This document shows, piece by piece, positions 28,775 to 41,876 of a DNA stretch of 64,000 nucleotides. The translations under genes and the position numbers were made by a program. This DNA is from Octopus vulgaris. Its lineage: Eukaryota. The DNA lies in NCBI GenBank assembly GCA_951406725.2, contig OX597817.1:31682001-31746000 (forward strand), given 5' to 3'. The notes under the pieces were generated by a model. It worked only from the letters and a program-made list of their open reading frames with translations. It did no database searches and was not told where the DNA came from. Numbering within the stretch: the first letter of the stretch is position 1; the number at the start of each line of letters is the position of its first letter.

Positions 28775-29232
28775 ACACAACAGACATAATTTTCTTTATA
28801 TTATTTTACTGGCTTCCGAACAAGCCCTTCCACATATTCATACACGTACACACAAAAAACACATGCAGACATACGCTCAAATTTTACCAAAATCCTGAAG
28901 AATTTCTTTTCGGAAAGGAGCTGCTTTAAAAGAAACTTTTTGTTATTGCTTTTTCTATAATACCTCGAAGACATCAAAAGACAACGGCGAAAAGCTATTC
29001 TTGGAGTCTGTCATGGAAACATCTGCAAAATGATACGGGACAAACTGAAAAAAGCTTTTTTCGAAAACATTGTCTTTATTCATTCGGTCAGTGTTTCACC
29101 ACCATTGCGCCCCACACCCCACCTTTCCCACGGCTAACGACAGACAGAAGCTGGCTACACGCGGTAGACATATCCGAAAGCGTTGATTTAGAATGAAGAA
29201 TCACACATGCCAAAGGACTAGAAGGCTACTTC

Positions 29233-29263
<31 letters not shown>

Positions 29264-29406
29264 TGTATGTATGTATGTATGTGTGTGTATGTGCATGCAT
29301 GTTTGCGTATATTTATATATATATAAGAACATATATATATATATACTTATATATATATATAAGTATATATATATATGTACTTATATATATCGATACACAC
29401 ACATAG

Positions 29407-29455
<49 letters not shown>

Positions 29456-29508
29456 CATATATACATACATATATATATATATATATATATTTACATACAT
29501 ACACACAA

Positions 29509-29584
<76 letters not shown>

Positions 29585-30299
29585 TGTGTGTGTGTGTATT
29601 TTAAAATGTAGGACGTATACTTTGTGTATTTTGCTTACATTTTCCTTTTTATTTACCTTTTTTTATTTCTTTGTTTTTGAGAAGGGCGGTGTATAGTACT
29701 GCAATGTTCATTCACCTGGTTAGCATTAAACATAATGGCTTATTCAATCCTTCAAGTTAGCTCCTTCAGAAAGACACACGCACAAAGCAAAAACAAAAAA
29801 GACAAAAAAAGAAACAAATAAATAAATATAAACAATGACTAAAAGCAAAAAAAAAAGAAAAAGAACAAAACAACAACAGTCGTACGTTGTTATACTTCAT
29901 AGTGCACTGGATGCTCCCAACATTGTTATTAAATGGTCGTCGAGACGTATGTGTCATGTGCGTGCAAAACTAACACCTTTACTACCATTTTCCATCATCT
30001 ATTCCTGTTTTTGTTTTCTCCTCCTCCTCTTCTAACCATTCCGGTTGTGGTTGTTTAATGGACCTTCTACGCGGTCGTTCGTCCTGCTAGAAATAGAAGT
30101 CATTTGTCCTTTATATTAGACTTGTTTGAAAAAGGAAAGTGTACACTAGATAATAATGATCCTGGAATATCAGTGAATTAGGAAAAGAGGGAAAGATCAT
30201 AACTGGTACACTCTTGATCAAAGAGTAGGTGGTCGTGGACGGAATGGTTATAATCATAGGTCTGTGTGATCAGAACTGGTCTAAAGTTTAAAAATAAAT

Positions 30300-30820
30300 A
30301 TTTCTAGTATAAACAGAATGCCAGAAATTATGGGGAGAGTCTTAGACAATACCGTCGACTCCAGTACTTAATTTATACTTTATGTTATCGACACCAAAAT
30401 GGTAAAAGACAAGGTTGATCTTAGCGGGATTTGAACTTAGAATATAAAGAATGGAGTAAATTAGATCCCCTTCGGTAAAGAAAACTATGGGATTGCACCT
30501 AGAAAGTTACCCTCCGAGGTTCAAGTCCGCCCATGCATACTAGCCTCCCCTCTTCACACCACTGATGTTATTCAAGAGAAAGGCAAAGGCCGATACAGCT
30601 TGGCACCAGTGATGTCGCAACTCATTTCTACAGCTGAGTTAACTGGAGCAACGTGAAATAAAGTGTCTTACTCAAGAACACGACACGCAGCCCGGTCTGG
30701 GAATCGAACTCACAACCTCACGATCGTAAGTTCGACGCTCTAACTACTGAGCCTTGCGCCTTCACAATGGAGCAAATACTGTGAGACATTTTGTCCGATG
30801 ATCTAACTATTCTGTCAATC
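30300..30820 (-). mobile_element. Old Nin-type SINE split by a CORE-SINE A copy (30463-30765)
   Basis: Subfamily A sequence flanked by aatggag.aaat duplication; diverged Nin body on both sides. Confidence 0.7.
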
Positions 30821-31576
30821 CTCTATTTCTCCTGGAGCTCAACAATAACAATGGCAATGTAAGTCACACATAATCTCATCGTTCTTCCTTTTTACGCTGA
30901 TTTCATAGGTACACCTCTGACTCTTTTTCTTAAAACATATCGTTATTGTCTATTCCATCCATGCTCATTCCACCTTTATCAGATGCCCAATATCTAGGAT
31001 TACAATAATCCAATAAGTCCTTCTGTAAATATAGTTAGTGATGAGAGAATATTTCGTGACTATTTCAAGCAGGTCGAACAACTGCGAAAACGCTGTCACG
31101 TTGAATTGTTTATAAATATGGTATGCGCCTAGATTTTACTAGTCAACCTCAACGCTATATCAAAAATTTCCACCTTCTTTGATTTCATTTGCATAACACA
31201 CATGACATTGAAATCTTGAAAATATTTTTTGCATGTTGAATATATCTTGTGTTCTGCACATAAAAATTTAATAATCGAATAGGCGGTTCTGTGTATAATC
31301 ATCAAACTGATTTTCAGCAACCTATCAAATCTCAGGAACTTATCATATTTCGACATGCTTGTGAATATGACTGCTTATATATTGTCACGTTACTTTAATT
31401 ATTTGAATATTGTCACGTTTCTTTTATTATTTGAATAATCAGTAACATAAAATTCGAATTTAAAATTCAAGAGGTTTCAGTTTTTAATGAAACATGCACT
31501 TTGTATTCAATGTATTGAGTATTTTCTCCATTTGCAAACACAAAAGCACAAGCGTTCAGTATATCACACACACACA

Positions 31577-31652
<76 letters not shown>

Positions 31653-31654
31653 TA

Positions 31655-31774
31655 TATATTTCAGTGTCCGTCTACCAAATCCATTCACAAGAAGACACTT
31701 GCCCAAGGTGACACGCAGTGGGGCTGAGCCCGGAACCATGTGGTTGGTAAGCAAGCTATACAGCCACTCATGCG

Positions 31775-31778
<4 letters not shown>
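31655..31778 (-). mobile_element. SINE family 1, 5' portion
   Basis: Head and CORE-like match. Confidence 0.8.
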
Positions 31779-31835
<57 letters not shown>

Positions 31836-32199
31836 GACAGGTTGTTTTCGCCCTTGCTCCCTTGAGATAATTATATATATATATATATATTTCTCTCTCT
31901 ATGCTTACATATTCTTTATTTATACTTTTATTAGTTTCAGTCACTGGACTGAGGCACTGCACCCTATGCTATAATCAATTACATAGACCTCACTACATAT
32001 TTTACCGACCTTGTAGTCGATAAAATAGTAATGATAGGCAGTACACTTAGATCCCCCCAACCGAAAACACATGGCTAGATTCATGAACTGGGTTCATAGA
32101 AATACAACAGGATAAGAACAAGAGCTACCCGAAAAAGAATCGTTAGAAATAGCAACCCACCATCACCTATGGATAGAAAATTTAGGAAAAGTAGTAGAT

Positions 32200-33255
32200 C
32201 GATATAAATGAGGGCTGCAGAGACATGTAGCAGAAACTATAACACAATAGATAATAGGAGCAGGGAATAAGGCCTCTGTAACTATGCAAGGAATAAAGTA
32301 TGCCCCTTAAACTCTAGATGCTTGTCGAAGAACTTAATGTATTAATGCAAAATCCCTTCTAAGGGTATACTTCTAAATAAGGACCAGCTCACTAAATTTC
32401 AAAAAAAGACTAGCTAATTATTTAAACTCATTTAGGGATAAAAATAAAATGAACAGCACGAGCTTAAGCAAACTAATCTGGTCAAACTAATTAAAGCTAG
32501 GGACCATAGCTTTAGCACGGAGTGGGAATTAATTAGTAGGGGTAAACTGTATCGAGCGAGAGGAAATAGATGTGTGCTATGTATAGAAAATACGTACCAA
32601 ATCTTTACATCGAAACACAAATTACTTAATTGCAGGCTGGAACAGGCCTTAAGATTCTTACATAAACATACCAAAACATTTAAATTTAACTCGTTCAATA
32701 TAACTCAGTACCCACCCACAGATGGGTAACATTGATGCACATGTTTTAAACTCTCCAAATACATGGCCTTTTCTTAATTTTTCTTAACTAGTATATATTT
32801 TCCCCCTCTCTGCTACCAAGCATTAATATCACAGTCACAAAAATATCTGAAGAACTAAGAACAGTACAAAGAACTGAACCACCCTAAAATAAAATACTCT
32901 CCAGTAATATAAACATCGACCTAATTAGATAGAACCCTATCTTCAACCAGTAACTAGTGTGGAACCAACGACACAAGCTTACAAACAGACCAGATTCAGA
33001 TTCAAAACAACCTCCCCTCCCTTACCCTTGAACCCTAACAACTAACTGTATTCAGTTCGCTTCGAGCCAAGCTGGTTGAAAGATACTGAATGAGTTTGCA
33101 CAGGATGTTATGCCGGGCTGCACGTGCAATTGGCTATACTCGGTGCAGGAAACATGTGTAGGTCGTCATAACCCTTAACATATAATGTATACGATGTAAA
33201 CTAAAAGAAATTAATTTTGAGGATGTACCAGTATCGTCATAATTACTGCTATTGT
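32200..33255 (+). mobile_element. Decayed Penelope-like element 3' part (GIY-YIG C-terminus, 3' UTR with degenerate hammerhead at ~33086-33160)
   Basis: KRLANYLNSFRDKNKMNSTSLSKLIW / EWELISRGKLY..RCVLC..KLLNCRLE; CTGAATGA..tgcac/gtgca..GAAAcatgtgTA. Confidence 0.72.
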
Positions 33256-33659
33256 GTGTATGTGTATGTATATTATATATATATATATATATATAATTAT
33301 TATTATTAGAGAAGATTAATTCCGAATCCGCAAGAATGAGACGTTCAAATTAAAGATACTAAGGTGAACTCTCAATATTTTATTGATATATATAAAAGTA
33401 CTTTTAGAGACAGAACCACCCTCAACTCAATCAACATTGGAAGATATTATACCCGACCGAGCCATCAATATATATATATTTTTTTTTATTTTTTAAAATC
33501 TTTTTAAAGTTTCAGCTCAGAGCTGCGGCCATGCTGATGCACCGCCGTTTTGCACTACACTGTTATTACTAGGAGCCCCCTCTAATATGTGGCACTTGAT
33601 GAAGAATGGAGTTTGATATAGCTACCCTACATACATACATACATACATACATACATACA

Positions 33660-33691
<32 letters not shown>

Positions 33692-34156
33692 CATACCCCC
33701 GTGCATCTAGGTATGTGGCCATTTGTGTACATTAGCCAACATGCAAACAAAAGTACCTCTAAATTCTTCTCTAACTGATAGAATTACACTTTACTCTTTC
33801 ATATGCAAGTTGTATTCATTGAATTGTGTAGTCTCTGATACATCAAAAGATGGGATAGTCACAGTTGAAACGATGTTGTTCATAGGTTTATTCGAAAAGT
33901 TTTCGCTGCGACTATTCAATAACACACATAACACTACAAAAAAAAGTACTCTTCTACACAACCACCATATATAACAACCTTGACAGCGTTGAAATTATCA
34001 GATGAGATGGAGAAAGATGAACTAACGGCAACAGCATGACTAGTGTGACACAGTACAATTATAGTGGGATGACGGAATACACTCATCCTCGCGTACTCCA
34101 AATACATTTATGAACATACGCGCGCGCGCACACACACACACATGCAAGAAATTTAG

Positions 34157-34302
34157 AAGAGCAACAACGGCGAGGCCGCACGCCCGCGGACGACGACGAC
34201 GAATGAAACGAACGGATGCCCGCGTTGGTCCGTTCGCACCCGCGCCGATCGATCGCTCGTCTCGTACGCATCCTCGCCCGGTCCATCCTCCCAGCCCGCC
34301 CG
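34157..34302. other. CpG-rich 146-bp insertion flanked by a 16-bp direct repeat
   Basis: catgcaagaaatttag (34141-34156) and catgcaagaaatgtag (34303-34318). Confidence 0.7.
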
Positions 34303-34707
34303 CATGCAAGAAATGTAGGATTGAAATCTTTTTAGAAACGCGAGGTTAGTGATTATACGTTATGACTCTTGAGTGTCGTATTGCAGAACATCTAAATTAT
34401 TTATATAATGAAACATAACCAAAGCAGCGAAATACCTCACGTAGCTAGCAATTACGAATATCAATTGCTACGAGAGATATTTTTACGAGAAATTTCGCTT
34501 CTAGCATGTAGGTTGTGCGTGCGTGTTTGTTTATACTGTAAATGAAATTGCATACTAAAAAGCATTGGTATTATGAATGCAGCCATTAATACAGCATTTC
34601 AAGATATTCACATGACATTGAAGAAAAGACTATCTGATTCTCTGGAGACAAGCGGACAGCTGTCGATATGTGTTTCCGTCTCAATAGGCGTCATCCATCG
34701 GTACAGT

Positions 34708-34860
34708 AATTGTTTACATTATTTACATTTGACGGATATTTGTCCTCATCTTGTTTGCTGTTAACACAACATTTCGGCTGATATACCCTCCAGCCTTCAT
34801 CGGGTGTCTTGGGGAAATTTCGAACCTGGGTTCTCATTCCTAAGGTATTTTTCGATGTTA

Positions 34861-34902
<42 letters not shown>

Positions 34903-34962
34903 TCACTGCCCGAAATCGAACTCGGAATCTTGGGGTTAGTAGCCGCGCTCTTGACCACTACG
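34708..34962 (-). mobile_element. tRNA-headed SINE containing a hammerhead ribozyme motif
   Basis: Minus strand: cgtagtggtcaagagc..gagttcgatttc head, (AAT)n spacer, acac-CCGATGA-a-ggctg/cagcc-GAAA-tg-TT-gtgt (34807-34764), tail (tgtaaataa)n. Confidence 0.72.
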
Positions 34963-35549
34963 ATATATATTACCGTAATATCAGCGCCAAGCAGTGTTTA
35001 GGTATAAGCAAAGTACTGGTTAAGAGCGCGGGCTATGTATTCTATTGTAACATATGACAGAAGAGGATCCCCATAAACTGGTTACAATATAAACAAAACT
35101 GAAAACATAATAAAATAAAATACACAGATAAATAAACAAATGGAAGTAAATAACTATATACATTTTTAAAAATTTTTAATTTTCTTACTATTTTTCATTT
35201 TTTATTTTTTTAAATATATTTTTTATTATTATTACTATTATTGTTGTTATACATACATACATACATGCATACATAATAATAACAATGATAATGATAATAA
35301 TAATAATAAGTGGGTGTAAACACATGGACAAAATAAGAATAAACAAAAACAAAAACAAATTACACGAACGTATATAAACAGAAGATACAAATATTACAGG
35401 CATTCCACACCCCACACACACACACTAACTAAACATAGACGCACATAGAGATATACGCATGCGCAAATGAAGACACATACAATAGAAATACAAAATGGCT
35501 GACGGTTAGTAAGGAGAGACACACAAATAAGAAAGAAGAAAGCAAAGAA

Positions 35550-35589
35550 CCACTGATGCGGTCACAGGAGTGTGACGAAAGAACTCTGG
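35550..35589 (+). ncRNA. Hammerhead-like motif, core variant
   Basis: cca-CTGATGC-g-gtcac/gtgac-GAAA-gaac-TC-tgg. Confidence 0.5.
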
Positions 35590-36004
35590 CTGAAATAAGA
35601 TTAAGATTAATGTAAAAAATAAATAACGCTGAAGCAAAGAAACACCAAATATATAGTGCGTGTGTTTTTATTGGCTAAACTGGCAAAATAACCATTCCTA
35701 AATACAACAATATCTGTTTCAACACAAGATTTCACATAAAAAATCTCGCACAACAAATATATATTTAATTTGCTTTGCGGGAAGGATTGTTTCAATGAAG
35801 TCGCGTCTTGCCCTCGCTTTCGAAACGTGGAGTAGATGAAACAGGGACAACTGAAGAAGGGGAATATTCTTCATGTTGTATGTCTCGTTTCTCTGTTTTT
35901 TTTCGTTGCCCTATACCCATATATGCATGTATATATACATATATATGTAGGTATGTGCATATATGTATGTATATATGCATATATTTATATATTATTTATA
36001 TTAT

Positions 36005-36158
<154 letters not shown>

Positions 36159-36486
36159 ACTTCTTCCAAGTAGAGGGATGAAGAGTATTACTTAGGCATT
36201 TGCTACTTTTTCTGCAGTCATCCTGAAGTCAGCTTTTTGGTGAATGAAGGAGGAAGTTAGAGTCGCAGACCTTAGTTGCAATTCTCGATGTTGGTTCATC
36301 TGAAAATGCATGCATCCAACTGTCCGCTTAATATTTTTTTAATAGCATACATACTCGCCTATTCACACATACAAGTTCTTGTGAAGGCCATCACATGTAC
36401 GTACCGTGTATGCATATATGCACACATTAGTTTCTTTCTCTCTCCCTGTCTCCATATCTCTCTCGTTAAACATATATATATATATG

Positions 36487-36543
36487 GCCCTACATGGCCT
36501 TGCTATTTGCTTTTGAGCCAAATTAACTAACTAACTAACTAAC
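36487..36543 (+). mobile_element. CR1 3' terminus (very short copy) with (CTAA)n tail
   Basis: ccctacatggccttgctatttgcttttgagccaaattaactaactaac is identical to the 3' end of the CR1 at 52052. Confidence 0.85.
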
Positions 36544-36594
36544 ATATATATACATGAAGCCCGTCGTATATATGTATATATATATACATATATG

Positions 36595-38045
36595 GGATCT
36601 TTTCAATTCTGAAGCCAGGACCACAGATCTTTCTACTTAACTAAATATTCTGAAACTTCGTATGCTGATAGAGTCTAGCAAAACAAGACACAGGTTGGAA
36701 CTAGTTTATTTGAGAAAAATCTATTTTATGACTTTAATCGTAGATTAAAACTGCGAATTTTAACCAATCAGATTGTTTGTTTTCATGTGTAAAACTTGAC
36801 TGCATTCTATTAGTGTGACGTAGAAAGCGCTTTTGTGACGTACTAACGTTCGGAAAACTGTAAACAAACACAGAACGTAACGGCAGACGAAATACGGCTA
36901 CGCATTTCGCCCGGCGTGCTAACGTTTCTGCCAGCTCTTTGCTTTTTTAATATTAAATTTCGGCGAAGTTTCGCTTGTCGTAGCACAAGTTTTCCGTCGA
37001 TTTCCGTAAAAAACTTTTATTTTTTTACATAAGTAATGAGAGCGAAAGAGACTAAGAGGAAGCGATTTTATGACGAGGGAAGTTTGTCTTTGAAGTTACC
37101 GTCTAGGGGAAGCATTGATGTACATGTGTGTATGTGTGTGTTTGATGGGGTGTGGGAGACAGTATGTTGTGTAAGTGAAGTGCTTCTGTTAGTGTGTGTG
37201 AAGAAACAGAGAGAGTAATGTGTGAAAGAGAGAGATAACTGAAAGTTTTTACTCGGTGTATGTGTATATGTATGTCTGCATGTATGTGTGTGTGTGTATG
37301 TATCTATGTATGTATGGCCGATTCATCGTAATTACGATGAATCGGCCATACATACATACACACACACACATACATACACACACACACATACTTACACATA
37401 CATACACACACACATACATGCAGACATACATATATGTCTCCCACACCCCATCAAACACACACACACACACATGTACATCAATGCTTCCCCTAGACGGTAA
37501 CTTCAAAGACAAACTTCCCTCGTCATAAAATCGCTTCCTCTTAGTCTCTTTCGCTCTCATTACTTATGTAAAAAAAATAAAAGTTTTTTACGGAAATCGA
37601 CGGAAAACTTGTGCTACGACAAGCGAAACTTCGCCTATTTCTTGCCTTTTGCACAAATAAATACAAATGGAAACATTTTCAATTTAATACATGTGGCTTA
37701 TTAACTAGTTTTAAATATTGTTATTAAAAGGTGGCTGACTATAGGATCCTGGAAACATGAGTACGTTAAATAATTAGAAGGATGCGCTTGTTTACATTTA
37801 AGATATTTAATACGTCACGAAATTGGTGGTCGAGACGGAGTAAATAAAATAAAGCCGAATGACGGAATATCATTGGTTAAAATTCTAATTATTAAACAAC
37901 GTTAAACTTAGAAGTTACAATTCCGTTTTCATTCTGGTTTACAATTAAGTTTACTTTTGACACATTCTACCAGTATACGAAGTTTCAAATTGTTTGGTTC
38001 AGTAGGAAAAATTTGAAAAAACTGGCTTCAGAATAGAAAAGATCC
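36595..38045. mobile_element. Non-autonomous DNA transposon with GGATCTTTTC termini and 8-bp TSD (Merlin- or MULE-like)
   Basis: TIR ggatcttttcaattctgaagccag / ctggcttcagaatagaaaagatcc; TSD catatatg; imperfect subterminal inverted similarity for ~170 bp. Confidence 0.82.
36962..37635. repeat. Large fold-back: ~200-bp inverted arms around a perfect palindrome
   Basis: 36962-37161 is the reverse complement of 37435-37635; ggccgattcatcgtaattacgatgaatcggcc at 37316-37347. Confidence 0.92.
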
Positions 38046-38339
38046 CATATATGTGTGCGTGTATGTCTGTGTGTCTGTGTTTGTCCCCCTAGCATTGCTT
38101 GACAATTGATGCTGGTGTGTTTATGTCCCCGTCACTTAGCGGTTCGGCAAAAGAAACCGATAGAATAAGTACTGGGCTTACAAAAGAATAAGTCCCGGGG
38201 TCGAGTTGCACGACTAAAGGCGGTGCTCCAGCATGGCCACAGTCGAATGACTGAAACAAGTAAAAGAGAGAAAAGAGTATGTACATACATTTACACACAC
38301 ACACACATACACACACACGCACATATATATATATACATA

Positions 38340-38406
<67 letters not shown>

Positions 38407-38863
38407 TTTCTGCTATTACTTTGATCTGCTCTTCACCACACCTCAGCCGCTTTACTTTCTTGTTTCTCAATTCTCCTTCCTCTTCCCTCTTCCCTCTACC
38501 CTCCCCTCCCCTGTTATTCCAAACCGTTTGTTTCTCGATCTTTATTTTATCAACACCATTCACTACTACAACAAACTGTCTCGCAGTGTACTTATTGACA
38601 TCTTTCAGCAACCCCCCCCCCACCTTCCTCTGCTTCTTCTGTACCAGAGAACCTGGCCGAAGAAACAGAAGCCATCTATAAAGCTTTTTCACTTCCTTCC
38701 ATTTTCTAACAGTTGATGCTCGTCATTATCTTTCTTTCCCTCTCTCTGTCTATTTCTCCATTAGTCTGTCTTTCTCTCTTTACCGTAACCTTCCTTTCTT
38801 AGTTTTTTTTTTGGGGGGGTTTCTTTCTTTCATGTGTTTTGTTGCCATTTCTTCTTTCATCAT

Positions 38864-39038
38864 CCCCTATTTCTTTCAATTTTATCTTTTTTATTTATTT
38901 TTTATTTTCTATATCTACCTTTTACTTTTGTTATCACTTTGCGCTCTCTCTCTCTCTTTCTTTCTTTTCTGTATTTCTGTCCATTTCTGTGTTAGTGTCT
39001 GTGTCTGCCCTTTTCTTCTCTCTCTCTTCCCCTGTTTC

Positions 39039-39110
<72 letters not shown>

Positions 39111-39300
39111 CCTTATTTCTTTCAATTTTATTTTTTGTTTATTTTTTATTTTCTATATCTACCTTTTACTTTTGTTATCACTTTGCGCTCTCTCTCTCTC
39201 CTTCTCTCTTTCTTTCTTTTCCTCTGTCCATTTCTGTGTTAGTGTTTGTGTCTGTCCTTGTCTTCTCTCTCTCTTCCCCCTCTTTCTCTCTCTCTCTGTT
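38864..39300. repeat. Tandem duplication (~245-bp period) of pyrimidine-rich sequence
   Basis: ttctatatctaccttttacttttgttatcactttgcgctctc occurs at ~38907 and ~39151. Confidence 0.85.
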
Positions 39301-39381
39301 ATATGCAGTTCTGCTTTTGTGTATCTTATTTCGATCTGCTTTCGTTCTAATTTTGTCTTATTTGTTTTTATAGTTCTACCC

Positions 39382-39420
<39 letters not shown>

Positions 39421-39432
39421 ATACGCACACAC

Positions 39433-39474
<42 letters not shown>

Positions 39475-40109
39475 ACACATACAGTTTCTCTCCTGCTCAG
39501 CTTTTCGATCTCTCAATTTTCAAACTAATTCTAGACATTTCTCATTGTCTCATTTTCCGTTTCTTCTTTCTCTTACACCCTTTATACAACATCCTTCATT
39601 CACTCCCTATTCTTTCGTTTCCATCTCTCCTTATTATGTTGCTATTTCTCAATTTCATTCCATTATTTCTCACTTATTATTAACAATTATCGCTATCTAT
39701 TATTTTCTTCGTCTGTCATTCTCATCACACCTCTTTCACATCAACAAGTTCCATTCAATATTTTCTTTTTGCATTTTCACTTTATTTTGTATTCTTTCCT
39801 TTTCTTTCTCCATTTCTTTCTCATTTTATGTAAATTTCTAATTCTGCCTCTCCCTACTGCCACCAGCTTCTCACTTACAGATCCTATCATTCACGCCCCC
39901 ACAATCATTCCATTATTTTTTTTTGTACATCTTCCTAGCTTTTTTCTTTTTTTTTTTTCATTTTTATTTAACTTCTTATTTTTGTAAAGAAATAACCTGC
40001 CTATATAAGTGTGACCGACTCTTTCTCATTGTTGATTGGTTGAACCCACCTCAGCGGAAACTCTTTAAATTTATATTCATAGACAAACACATTTTTCTTT
40101 ACGATAGAT

Positions 40110-40300
40110 CGGTAGCCACTACACGCATTTTTTTCTCTCCTTGTTAATCTCCTAGTTTTTTCTGTGTCCCTTTCTGTAGAAGAGCGTAGGCTCGAAACGT
40201 AAAAGACTTTTTCAATTTCCCGAGCGTTATACTAATACATCTGTTTGTTTAATACACCACCTGTCTTCGTCTTTTGTTTTTTCGTGAACTCTCCCCCTAT
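40110..40300 (+). mobile_element. Short hammerhead-bearing element (family of 2752/47720)
   Basis: cttt-CTGTAGA-a-gagcgtaggctc-GAAA-cg-TA-aaag at 40170-40205. Confidence 0.72.
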
Positions 40301-40351
40301 ACAATAACCTTGATTGTTATTGTAAATATTTTGTAATATAGTGGTTTCAAA

Positions 40352-40557
40352 TTTTAGCACAAGGCCAGCAACTTTGTGAATGGAATAAATCGATTAAATC
40401 TACCCCAGTGCCCAGCTGGAACTTGTTTTATCGACCCCGAAAAGATGAAAGGCAAAGATGACTTCGTCGGAACTTGAACTCAGAACGTAAGAGCGGATGA
40501 AATGCTGCTAAGCATTATACCCGGCATGTAAACGATTCTGCCAGCTCACCGTCTTAA
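40352..40557 (-). mobile_element. Older Nin-type SINE
   Basis: Diverged match to the 17556 copy, different tail. Confidence 0.78.
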
Positions 40558-40627
40558 TGTATTATGTAATATACTGACAAATATGAATGTATCCACAATA
40601 AGCAAGCGGCTTAATTATAAAGGTTAT

Positions 40628-40870
40628 CTCTTATCTTTTACTAGTTTCATTCCTTGAACTGCGGCCGTGCTGGAGCACCGCTTTGAAGGACTTAGCCGAA
40701 TAAACTGCCCCCAGTAATAAAGTACTTCAAGTACTTTTGTTTTTATGCCTGTCACTAATTCTGTCACTCTCTTTTTACCGAGCCGCTAAGTTACAGGGTT
40801 GTACACAAACCATCACCTGTTGTCAGATGGTGGTGGACGACAAACACAAACATAATGACACACGCACGCG

Positions 40871-40927
<57 letters not shown>

Positions 40928-41075
40928 GACGGTTTTCTTTAGATTTCCGATTCTAAATTCACTCACAAGAATTATTCAGCCTGGATTTTTTAATAGATGA
41001 CACCTACCAAAGATATCACGCAGTGGGACTGAACCTAGAATAATGTGATTTAGAAGCAAACATCTTACTACACAG
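40628..41075 (-). mobile_element. Diverged SINE family 1 copy
   Basis: Tail, central (CA)n and head all recognisable. Confidence 0.75.
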
Positions 41076-41459
41076 CTTCGAGAAATATATCTAAGCTTGG
41101 CTATCGTACGTTCTTTAGCAAGAAGATATTTTAACTCTTCTTATAACCGTGTTACATTTTAAACTTTACTTTTGTTATATATTTTAATCTGTTGAGATGT
41201 CAATTTGCTTTAGTGAAACTTTGACGGTTGTAACCTTGAATACTTGAAGCTGTTGAAACTGTTTTGCCGCTTCTTTCTTTATTTTTAATTCTTAATTCTT
41301 ATTTTAGTCTCACGCGTCTTCAGCTTTATTTGCGGAATACACCGTGTTTTCAATTCCATTATGGAATTAGTTTGAACTTCTCTCGCCATGTTTAACTTCT
41401 CTTATTTAGTTTTAGTGATATTTACACACGCACTCGCATGCACACACATAGCATACATG

Positions 41460-41489
<30 letters not shown>

Positions 41490-41500
<11 letters not shown>

Positions 41501-41876
41501 CCGAAGTTGTCTGTGTATGGCAGGTTTGGTAGCCTTCAACCAACACTATCTCCTCCGAGACCCTGCAGCACAAGTTGACCAAAATTGAGAGTATGATAGA
41601 AGAAGGCTTGCTCTTCCTTCCGTAGAAGAAACAATTCAAATCGGACCATGTTAATACAAAAAATTATTTACATCAAAAAGGTGCTTTTTGTCTATGAAAA
41701 TCCGTATTTTTTACGATTTTTTTACTGCTGTGTCGGCATTTTTCGGTGCATTTCAACCAGAAAAATGTTCACTTAAAGAGAATAACTAGCTACATAATGC
41801 AAATTTTTTTACTTTTTAAAAATTCCAATTCTAAAGGGTCGAAACAAACCCGAGGAAGGCCGGGCGATACTGCTAG
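41490..41876 (+). mobile_element. Non-autonomous Helitron
   Basis: tatatataaag 5' end within (AT)n; subterminal hairpin cccg..cggg (41849-41864); CTAG|T 3' end. Confidence 0.72.

Larger units (their letters stand above)
36556..38275 (+). mobile_element. SINE family 1 remnant split by a DNA transposon in its central microsatellite
   Basis: gaagcccgtcgtatata (36556) continues as tgtgtttgtccccctagc...taaaagag (38054-38275). Confidence 0.8.
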
